A stretch of DNA of 64,000 bases from Neophaeotheca triangularis (lineage: Eukaryota): the NCBI GenBank assembly GCA_054600435.1, contig BAAIJX010000081.1, forward strand, positions 1-64,000, given 5' to 3'. The notes beneath the pieces were generated by a model. That model was given only the letters and a program-made list of their open reading frames with translations, did not search any database and had not been told where the DNA came from. Position numbers and translations under genes: made by a program. Positions 11,501 through 21,285 of the stretch are shown here, piece after piece. Positions within the stretch are counted from its first letter, which is position 1. Every line of letters starts with the position of its first letter.

Positions 11501-14500
11501 CTGGGTCTATTGCGCTGTCTATGATTATAGCCACGTGTTTGCGGTCGTTTAGGTTTGATTTATTATACGTCAATCTTCCTTGTTCGTTTCTTCGTCTAGT
11601 TCCGTTGCTAGCTCCTGTACTGCCTGGTCGCGTTTTTGCTGTAGCAACGCCAGCAGTATCGAGTGACGCAGTGGCCGTTCGATCCAAGTCTGGCTCCGTC
11701 TTCTCTGTGCTGCTCGTAGGTAGTGATGAAGCTCCTGCCACTGCTAATGGCGTGTTTCCAGGCCCTCGCTGAGCTTATAATTTCTAGCTTTGCCACCTTT
11801 ACTTGCAGGTTCGCAATGATCTCTGTCATCGAACGGTTATCTATGGCGCTCGTCTCTTTAGCATCTTAGTCGAGATCGTGAGCTGGTTCGCTTAGAGTTG
11901 CTAAAAGTCTTTCAGACCGAGGTTTGTGGGTGGGTGTTTCCAGGAGAAGTGCGAGCACATCAATACCACGTGTAGCTCTGGTCGCCGTTGTGGGCGCTCC
12001 GTGCTCCGTGGCCTCGTCCACGCGTATATTTGCTTTTTGGGGGCATCTGGTTCCCAGTTTCGTGCTGACTAGTAGAAATCGTTCACGGCGGCAAATTAAT
12101 CAATATCGCCCTCCTCGTCGAATTGAATGTGTGGATGTCCGAACGATACGGTGTGCATATAGTGATTGCCTCGGCGGTTGGAGTTTGCTGCGCAACGTCC
12201 GTTTAGCTCACCTTTACCGATCTCTCCGGTGTGTCGCAGCTGTAAAAACTCCAGTACCCAATACGAGCTGAGCTGGACGTATGGTGGCGTAACGTTCGTG
12301 CGGTCTTCGTAGACGTGGTCTAGGTCGCTCTGGTAGTTTTAGCCTACAATTTGCAAACTACCATCGCTATCTAATGGTCGTTTGTCTTGCGTTTCAGGCA
12401 CTAGAGTGTCAGGGTCGCTAGACTGCCAGAACCTCTTTAGCTTTGTGTGCGGTTCGAGTTGCGGCATGGCATGAAATCTCCGCTTCACAGGTCGTACGTT
12501 GCGCTGGTCGTAATTCAATGCAGGGTTGGGATAGGAAAGTCATTCTCTTTGAGTATTGTAGAAGTGGAAAAGAAACCAAAATAGATGGCTTTTGTTGGTT
12601 GCACAGAGGCGGTGGTAAGAAGAAGGGCGTCGTAAGAAGCCGATGCAGTCGGCACACATAGAGTGGCGTCTCGAAGGTGCCTAGAGGCTCGCATTCATCG
12701 AAAAAAGGTTCAACGGCTTGAACGTGGTTGCGGAAGTTGTTGAGCATGACAGTGAACTTTCGGCTGGCGGCGTTGGGGCTCTGCATGTGTCCGTCGGCTT
12801 ACTGATTACCGTGTGGCTCTGTTCAAACTGCTCAGTAGCAGAGCCTGGCCTGCTCAATTGAGCCCCAAGGCCTTCGACCGGTGCTATTGCCGGCTTGAAA
12901 CTGCGACGGGAGGGAGACTGAGGTGGCGATAATGAGTCGCCAGTGGAATCAACGAATCGCTCTTCTTCAAGTCGTCATTAGCAGCATGGTTGAAATTTGT
13001 AGTAGGTGTCGTAGACGTCCCCACGGTCGTCCTGACTGGCGACGCTTTCCCGTCAATCTTCGTTGCGCGGGCCTTCTCCAGCTTCTCTTTTGTTTCGTCT
13101 GAATTGGTGGCTGAGCTAGCAAGTTCCTTCCGCAACGCCAAAATCTCGCCCGAACTTTCATGGTTCTGACGCTTGGTACGTAGCTAAGAGCGTTTTTCTG
13201 GGCTCCTCTTCGCGGGCCTGCTCTTTTCCCGTGGTGCTAACCATTTCAACGGCCTCGATGGGAATCACTTTCGCACGCTGGTTGATTACGTCGGGTCAAC
13301 ATCTGTGAGCCTTGGCGGGATCCGCGTTTTATTTTGTCAGGGCGAAGATTCTTGGTAGTTAGTAGAACATAAACAACGAACAGGGGTAGTGTCAGTTCGA
13401 TCGCCTCGGCGAAGCTCATAGGTTCGTTCATTCTTCGCGGAGGGTAGCCTCTCTTTGCTCATTCGCTGCTCACCGACCTTACCGCAGTAGGAAGGAGGTC
13501 GAGTGCCAAGCATACCACTGCAGTCTGAGTGTGGTTGTCGTTGTCACGCTACAAGCTCACCAACTCCACTGTCCAGCTACCTCCAAACCGCGGTATCAAC
13601 AGAGCAGCCCACTCAATCGTGAATCTGAGCATAAGAGCTTGGTGCCATAAGCTTCACCTTTCATAGGTCAACTTTGATGGAAAATCCACGAAGGATTAAA
13701 AAAATGCCAGGGGTGGAGGGGAAGCAATTTGTTACCTCAGCGTCTTGCCGTTATCAGAGTTCAACCCAACAGGTATCCAGTACACCTAGTAACCATTTCA
13801 TGCTCCTCGGCGCTCACTGCTCCACTCTGCTCCTTGCTCTTGGCTGCTGCTTTCTTTCCCCTCTCTTTCCTGGTGGTGCGTTGCGGGTGTTTATGGCTCT
13901 TAAGCGGTGGTAGGTGGGAGATGCACCTACCTAGGTTCTTGAAGTCGATCGGGGGTGGGTTACGGGGCTACTGGTTGGTCGCTCGGACGATCGCAGGGCG
14001 CATGGTGGCTCCGTCGGTCACTGCAAAAGGCCGTCCACGCACCGAGATCTGATCAGTCGGTATGCTTCTGCGAGCTGCTCCTTGGTGCCCGGTCTGTTAT
14101 CTCTGAGAAGGGTTTGGCCGCTCACTGAGACCTTTCATTTTTGCAGTGATACTTCTGCCAGTGACCGTGGTGCATATGCTTCTTAGGCACAGAGCTAATG
14201 GGTATCCACTCGTTCAAGCCAACGGTTCGAAAGAGTCGAGGTTAGCATTGCGATCTGCCCGGGTGGTGCACTTGGCATTCCGGTAAAACAAGGGGCTCTG
14301 CACGTCGATCGCATCAAGTCTGTCGGGAACGAGGTCCTCACAGAGGTAGCATTTGTCGCCGCTCGTTTGATTTCAGTAGGCCGCCCGACTACCTACACAC
14401 GCCTGTGCACCTCCACCATGCAACCTACAGGTTGTTCTTCGCTGTCTGCGCTGACGAGGCCTGCTCGAGATACAAAGGCGACTGGCATATGGCTCCTGTT

Positions 14501-15030
14501 GGCAGTATCCGGGCGACGACATCCCCGAGAAGTCACCTGTGACATATCTTGGGGGCCTCCCTAGAGACTGCATCCGAGTCGTGATTAGAACTGAAGATAT
14601 GTTTGCTGAACACGCTCTCCTTTTTTTGGCGGCGGGCCTCGCAAGCGTGAGAGTAGCCGGTTGCAGACGTCTCTTCCGACTGTCATTCGTACGCCCTCGG
14701 GGCTTCTCAAGTCATGTCCATTCTTGTAGCATTCCACCAATTTATGCCCACATTGCCGTGTTCTCGGACGCCTTCTGACCTGGGACATACCGAGCTGATG
14801 CCGGCTTCCAACACGGTCGCCCGTTTCGGCCCAGTGCACATAGCTCCATCGTATCTTCACCGCGTAGCCTACGCACTCACCCTGTAGTTCGTCTAAGGCT
14901 CCTTTCTAACGACGACCGACAGCTCGGTCCTTCCGCTGCCTACCCTCTCACTGTGATGTCGTAGGGGTCTTCGGTAGTTTACACGGTATCTCGACTTTTA
15001 TCCTATGCTACAGCGCTGCCACTCACTCAT
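8533..15030. pseudogene. RIP-like decayed region with several dead ORFs (origin unknown)
   Basis: TpA-rich, strongest at 8533-8990. The + frame leading into ORF 10209-10469 is broken by in-frame TAG 10014, TAA 10086 and TAG 10110. Minus-strand ORFs 11463-11741 and 11136-11447 lie in one frame separated by a single TAG. No recognisable domain. Confidence 0.65.
9279..9387. repeat. 45-bp direct repeat (64-bp period), each copy with a perfect 10-bp hairpin
   Basis: CTGATTCCTGATCCCGCTGCATTGTTCGCAACCGCTGCGAACAAT at 9279-9323 and 9343-9387; stem ATTGTTCGCA / TGCGAACAAT, loop ACCGC. Confidence 0.95.
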
Positions 15031-15033
15031 CGC

Positions 15034-15822
15034 TCACCGAGCATTCTTCCTTTCCTGCGCTCTCCTCTTCGACCTGACCTCGGCCTTCCTCCTCTCACCA
15101 CCATCCACCTTATGACCTCTCCTCTGCTCCCACAGCCCATTCTTGACCCTCAGAGCGGCGACACCAGGATGCCCCTTGACAGGCTCTACCCCGGTACCAC
15201 CAATACCAGTCCCCTGGACGATCCTGACCCCAGCAATGGGCTTCGCAGACTTCGCATCAACCTTGGGCGGCGGCGCAATACCGATAACATCCTTGGTCTC
15301 CTCACCTTCGGCAGCAGGCCTCGCGGGATCAGATTTGATAGTGTAGTGCGGCGGCACATTGACAACAACCTTCTTCATGCCAGCATCCTTGGTAAGCGTA
15401 GCCATCTGATCGGCCTTGCTCTTCCCCGGCATCTCCACGATCCTCAGCTCGGCGATGCCATCCTTGACTTGCGTTGCATCACCTCCGGGTCCAAAGAGGC
15501 CAGCCCTGAATCTTTCCCGCCACCAGAGTAGATATCGTCGGGCTCGTGGGGGTTCCACGCCGGATTGGCGCAGTTGTTCGCTCGAGAGGGAGAAAAGGGC
15601 TTCCCAGCTCGGGATCTTGGGCGCGTGTTGTGCCATGTTACGGCCGATGAGGGTGAGGAAGCTTTGCGGGTCGGGAACGAATGGAGTTGGGCGTGGGACT
15701 CGGACGGTCGGGGCGTTCAGACGGTGGAGGGAGCGGCATTGGATGCAGATTGGCTTGGAAGCGGAGGTCGTCGTGGAGAGGGAGGGGATGACGAGGGCGG
15801 AGAGGGGGCGTTTGGCTGCCAT
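15034..15822 (-). CDS. FYV4: Mitochondrial IGR-motif protein (Fyv4 / mS41 family)
   Basis: PTPFVPDPQSFLTLIGRNM...IPSWEALF...LRQSGVEPPRARRYLLWWRERFR and C-terminal GHKVDGGERRKAEVR; basic Ser-rich presequence from ATG 15822 (MAAKRPL). Confidence 0.88.
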   Translation of the reverse strand: MAAKRPLSALVIPSLSTTTSASKPICIQCRSLHRLNAPTVRVPRPTPFVPDPQSFLTLIGRNMAQHAPKIPSWEALFSLSSEQLRQSGVEPPRARRYLLWWRERFRAGLFGPGGDATQVKDGIAELRIVEMPGKSKADQMATLTKDAGMKKVVVNVPPHYTIKSDPARPAAEGEETKDVIGIAPPPKVDAKSAKPIAGVRIVQGTGIGGTGVEPVKGHPGVAALRVKNGLWEQRRGHKVDGGERRKAEVRSKRRAQERKNAR

Positions 15823-16158
15823 GGCGGTGGCGCTGCTATCGCCTTGTCGGACGTGGACGGCGACAAGGTGTAGCGCTGTATGTCGGCGGTGATGAGTCGG
15901 TGTGTATCGTGCAGTGTAGATGCTGTTGGAGATGCGACGGCTTCGTCTGGCCGGACAATTAATGCGCAGCTGCCAAGCCTCACCCCCGAGCCAACTCCGC
16001 AATCCGTCACGCGAAACATGCCAAGGCGGAAGAGCTGCCCTTCACTGTTTACATTGTCACTGGAGAGGGCAGGAGCAGCTTCCCAGGTTGCGATCTTGTC
16101 GCAAACGGATATCGCGATCCTGATCGCTCCTTCCACACCACCCCAACATCTTTGCACC

Positions 16159-17361
16159 ATGGCGACCTCACCGGCGCTCGACGTGTCGCCCGAGCCGGCG
16201 AAAAAGCGACTCAAAGCGACCGTCTCCGCCGAAACCTCCGCCTCCTCCACCCCCCGCTCTGATTCACCCATGCCCGACCTGGCGGAACAACTCGACGAGG
16301 AGGAGCGCAACAAATACGTCAAAGGCAAGAAACTCGGGTCCGGTCAGTACGCCGACGTCTTCTCCGCCCACCTCAGGTCGGATCCGTCGCAGCTCGTTGC
16401 CATCAAAAAGATCAAGGTCGGCCCCGAGTTTAAAGACTTTGGCATCAGCTACGACTCCATTCGCGAAATGCGCTTCCTACAAGAGCTCAGCCACCCCAAC
16501 ATCATCAAGCTCTACTCCGTCTTCAGCACAAAGTCGCAGAACCTCAACCTCGTTCTCGAACAACTCCCGCAGGGCGACCTGCTCAAGCTCATCCAAGACA
16601 AGCAAAACATCTCTTACACTTCCGCCGACATCAAAGCATGGATGCTCATGATGAGCCGTGCCGTTTGGTTCTGCCACGCAAACTACGTCCTCCACCGCGA
16701 TATCAAGCCCAACAACATGCTTATCGCCGCCGACGGTGAGATCAAACTCGCAGATTTCGGTCTAGCCCGCAGCTACGGCGACCCCTTCCAGCGCATGACC
16801 TACAACACCATCACCCTCTGGTACCGCCCTCCAGAACTCTTCTACCACGCTGAGCACTACGGTGGTGCCGTCGACGTCTGGTCTCTTGGCTGCGTCTTTG
16901 CCGAACTCATTGCCCGCGACGTCTTCCTTCGCGCTTGGCCCGAGAGCGAGGTCGAGCAAGTCCGCATCATATGCGCCAACGTGGGAACGCCTACCGAAGA
17001 GAACTGGCCCGGGGTCAGCAAGCTCAAGAACTACATTATCCCCAACGAGATCACTCCGGTGCGCAAGCGCGACAGCTGGCTCGCGCAGTTCAGGTCGGTA
17101 GGAGATGTGGGTGTGGACTTGCTGATGAAGATGATGGTGCTGGACCCGGGCAGAAGACTGACGGCCAAGGGCATGCTGGAGCATGGCTGGTGGAACACGG
17201 AGCCCCGCCCATCGAAGCTGGAGGATCTACCCAAGAAGGGGGGAGGCATGGCTGCTATGGGCGAGGATCTCAAGAAGAGGGGTGGGGAGATACCCAAGGA
17301 GAGTGAGGGGAGGGCTGATGGAGTGGCCAGGAAGATTGACTTCGGAAAGATGACCAAGTGA
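16159..17361 (+). CDS. KIN28: TFIIH / CDK7-family Ser/Thr kinase
   Basis: GSGQYA, VAIKKIK, DSIREMRFLQELSHPNII, LHRDIKPNNML, LADFGLAR, WYRPPEL, C-terminal ARKIDF. Start set at ATG 16159 (MATSP); see finding on a possible spliced tail. Confidence 0.9.
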   Translation: MATSPALDVSPEPAKKRLKATVSAETSASSTPRSDSPMPDLAEQLDEEERNKYVKGKKLGSGQYADVFSAHLRSDPSQLVAIKKIKVGPEFKDFGISYDSIREMRFLQELSHPNIIKLYSVFSTKSQNLNLVLEQLPQGDLLKLIQDKQNISYTSADIKAWMLMMSRAVWFCHANYVLHRDIKPNNMLIAADGEIKLADFGLARSYGDPFQRMTYNTITLWYRPPELFYHAEHYGGAVDVWSLGCVFAELIARDVFLRAWPESEVEQVRIICANVGTPTEENWPGVSKLKNYIIPNEITPVRKRDSWLAQFRSVGDVGVDLLMKMMVLDPGRRLTAKGMLEHGWWNTEPRPSKLEDLPKKGGGMAAMGEDLKKRGGEIPKESEGRADGVARKIDFGKMTK

Positions 17362-18124
17362 GCATGCGGAGCAAGCGGAAGCTTCAAAACATATACCCAT
17401 ACCTTTTCTCGGCGGTTTTCCTCCGATGATTATGGCCCTCCGTAGTTACAAGACTTGCTTTGGCACAGCTTTATTGACAATACAGGCCTCGCATAGCGGT
17501 ACGCACATCGCAGAAATCCCTCGCTGGGTACGGGCAGGGACACGTCTCCGATATCTTCGGCATGGGGGGCGAGGGCGTAGGCGCCTTCGCCAACCTCGAG
17601 GCAGAGCTTGCGCCGTCGCTCTTGGCGGGGGGAACCACACCCCCCACGCTTGACTGGGACGACGATGAGGTGAGTTGACATCATTTACTGGTGACTAGGC
17701 TGAACACTGACTTGTTTTGCGCAGGACGAGGTTTCGCCGGGGAAGCCGGAGCCGGAGGGATCGAAGGAGTAGATGCAGCTGATGTAGTTTCAACAAAGAC
17801 GCATATTGAATCTGCTACTCAAAATTGCTCTCGGTGATATCGGTTAATCTGCGGCCATCTCTTGCCCTTGGTTCGCTCTGTCTGTTATGGTACAGCTCGA
17901 CGAGGCCATCTGGCTGCGCCGATTCCTACAGATCCTCGGTGCTTGGCTGACTCTCGCATGCTACTTGCGCAGTACTGGCTGAGCATGCAGGAGATGCAGG
18001 GCATCTCGCGCTATGGCAGTTCCGGCTCCGTCAAGAAGCTCCGTCGGCATCACATCATGCAAAGCGAGAGGGCGAGGATCGTGACACATGAGCTCGACTC
18101 TATTTTCCACTACGTAATGAACTA

Positions 18125-20019
18125 CTATTCAACCACGAGTGGCGGCTTGCCAATCCAAGGGATAACAAAGTCGTTGGTGAAATCTAAACCGGCCCCGTCC
18201 AGGAAAGCCTCGATTGGTGACTCGAGTTGATGTCCTTGCTGGAGACGCTCCCGCCGAATCATTCGCATCTTAGCTTCGAGGTTCTCTTTGTTTATAGGAT
18301 CAGCGTTCCGGAAAAGCCAGCGGACGTGCTCCGGTTTGAGCTCGCCGGGTGAAAAGCGCTCGTGGTTCCAGACAATCCTTGGGTTGCCGCAGCGGACTCT
18401 GTCTCTTGAGGATGGTGGCGTTGGGTAATTTTGGACTTCTGGCGACGCGGGCGGCTCGGGGCTGGAAGTCAAGTCGATGGTCCCACTGTCTCTCTTTCTT
18501 TTGGGGGTTACCGACTGTGCAAGCTGCCCGTCTTGGCGTCTGGTTCCTCTATTGAAGACGAATTGGCCAGGGGTTGACGACATCGCCCGCTGCGCCGGGG
18601 ACGAACCGGGACCCAAGCCGCCAGACATTTGTTGAGCAGTGCTCGTTAACTTTGGACACAGCCGTGACCCAACCGTGGCACCATGTACCTGGAGTTGGGT
18701 ACCGTGGCCAGGAGAAGAACTCGATGAGCGACGTCGGTTTGGCTGGGCTGGTGAGAGTGAACCGTTATCCGCTTGGAACTCATCTCGAAGCGATGCCCCT
18801 ACTCCTGTATGATCGGGCCTGGTTGCGTCCAGAGCAGCTTGGCCGTCCTCATCAACGAGCTCGGGGGCACGCTGAACCGGGTCTGCGACAGCTGTCAGTG
18901 TACACAACCACGGGCTAAACTGCATGCAGAGCACTTACTCATCCTATGGAAGCTGCAGCATTTCGAACTTTGTTTGCGGCTGAGGACGCAGTTGGTGCAA
19001 GCACCGTTGTTCCAGGGTTTCTTCTCGTCGACATTCACGATACACCCCTGCAAAAGCCCATCACCGGCCGCACAGCGATCACATGGTATGGAGACGGCAG
19101 AGCCCGTAGCATGCGTAAGAACTGCCTTTGCGAATTCTTCACGTAGAAAGTTGGTCGGTGTCAGCACGTTGAAGCGTACCTGGCGGACGACTGGCATCGT
19201 AAGGAAGATTCCTATCCTCAGGCATTTCTGCGATCGGTTCTCATTTGACCTCAACTTGCCGTCGGGTGCTTTGAAATGGCGTTCAATCTCCCTTCGAAGC
19301 TCTGGATAATGATCAGTCTCTCTGTTGCAGGGTATCAGATGAATGCGATTTGGGCAAGGGCCAGATAAGTCGGCATTGTCAGGCCTCCCATTGATATTGT
19401 TTATCGCTTCTGGGTGCGAAAGGTCGGACTTCGGTATCCAGCTCGGAGCCCATTTGAGCCGTAGCCTCGGTTGCTGAGGGTTACGGCTTGCGATTAGCTG
19501 TACATCTCGAGGGAAAAAGCGCTTCCCAGAAGATTCGAAAAAGGCACGATGATGCTCAGCGTGCTGCCCGCTCCGATGCGTGATCGTCTCCGCCCAGCTG
19601 ACCTTGACCATGCCCTCGTCGCGCTTGACGTTGAGTACGCGATCTACGGTCCAGTCGCGCTTTTTTCGAATCTCCTCGATTGCTTCCATCTCTTCCTCGT
19701 CGGACTCTTCGGAATCGGACGACTCATTGGTCTCTTGCACGGCAGGCGGGGGCCGGGCTGGGATAGTGCGGCCATGTTCGATTCGGCGTTGGTCGACTTG
19801 CCTGGAGCGGGAGGGGGTTTGGTCCAGGTCACGACGCGCATTCCCGAGCGTTTTGGCGAGGTCGGGAGTGGTTATGAGTATCAAGGTGTTGGTTGCCTCG
19901 TCAAGTTCGTGTGTGATGCCGTTCTGGTTCAACCTGCGTTTGAGCTCTGTAGCAATGCTCGGATCGGGACGTTGGCGGTGCGGTTGTCGTGGAGGAGCAA
20001 GGATGTTTCCGCGATTCAT
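18125..20019 (-). CDS. Uncharacterised protein with chromo-like region and DUF3716-like Cys-rich domain (about 612 aa, intron 18883-18938)
   Basis: GTAAGT...CTGAC...CAG intron joins ORFs 18895-20019 and 18125-18934 in frame. PCDRCAAGDGLLQGCIV...GACTNC...CCSF fits the DUF3716 pattern; WTVDRVLNVK...VKVSW and LKWAPSWIPKSDL are chromo-like. 5' end uncertain. Confidence 0.7.
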
Positions 20020-21285
20020 AGCCAGGATCTTTGGACCTTGGAGCCCAGCGAAAGCGATTGATGGTGTCTCGATGAATTACAACAGCCCGAGCAAAAGGGA
20101 GCAGTAGCAAGCAGACACGCGCAATGGGAGACGCGCAGCGAGCGACGGGAGCGCGTCTACGTGTGCCTTGCCCGCCCACCTGAATGCGGCCCCGCCGTTG
20201 CGCCTTTGAGCTCGGTGCAAAAAAGTTTCGGTCGATAAGGTAATAGGGTAGGTGAGGTACGGTACATTACTGGTACCTTTAACCTGCGAGACCGGCTGCT
20301 CCTTGCGCTGGGATTCTGGCCAACACAATGGAAGGTATCAAGTCGGCCTTCGTCATCCTGACAATGGCAGGTAGCGGTTTGCTTCTCATGGAAAGGTGAA
20401 GAAGCGTTATTGTTGTGCCTGCTAGGGGTCTATACGGGTTTCCAGTACCTACCCACAGGTACCTGTTGTTCCGATGATTCTTCATTTCCATTGATGGTTT
20501 TGGATTACGGGGGCTAACAGTGGCGGGACTGCCCTGGCCGGTGATGAAACTGACCATGTCGACCCGCTCTCTATCCGCGATAGTCCGTTGTTTTCCTATC
20601 CGAGCGACGGCCTGGGCTGTCACCACCTCACGAAACTCGGAAGGGGTCATCTACCGGTTTCGAGCATCACAGAGTCCTACCACTCTCGCTTTTGGCCGAG
20701 GGAAGTTGGGCTGACGGCTGCATTCAGGAGTTGGAGTCTGCACAAGCTTCACGGTTGTGTAGAGAATAGAGTGGATTGGCTAGGTAGGCAATAGTATCTA
20801 CGTATGACGGCGGCAATTTTGCGCGCTCGGCGGCTGAAAGCAAACCACTGGAGCTTTCCCCACTACGGGTGACAGTACTAAGTAGTAGGTGAGCGCGTTT
20901 TTCTGTGGTAAGTAATAATAAGTGGACTCTAGTTCAAACCAAATCTCGAGTCAAACCTACGCTCAGGACTACTCGGGTGGCTACCAGTGGTCACCCGGTA
21001 ACTTTTCAGCTGTAGGTGGGGAGGTACGCGAAATTCGGTTCGCGTCGTTGCCTCTCACAAATTAGTCGACGGCACCGTTCGCGCTCGACGAGACGCGAAC
21101 TACCTGGCTCCAATCCCTCTTTCTTTACTTTCTTCCCCCATTCTCTCAGAGTTGACTGATCTCACCAACCGCCCTGTGCTTTTATTCTCTATTCCACCCT
21201 GCCCTTTCTCGAGCAAACCCGATCTAATCACGTTCATTCAGCCTGTCCCAGCCCAAGTCAACGTTACTACACCCGACTGACAGCC

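Noticed and set aside
12400..12475. tRNA-like GGTTCGAGT T-loop motif
   Set aside because: No convincing T-stem, acceptor stem or D-arm could be folded.
15880..16158. N-terminal extensions of KIN28 (from 15880) and FYV4 (from 16002) in the ORF track
   Set aside because: They overlap each other across a 336-bp divergent promoter; the downstream ATGs (16159, 15822) have better context and family-typical starts.
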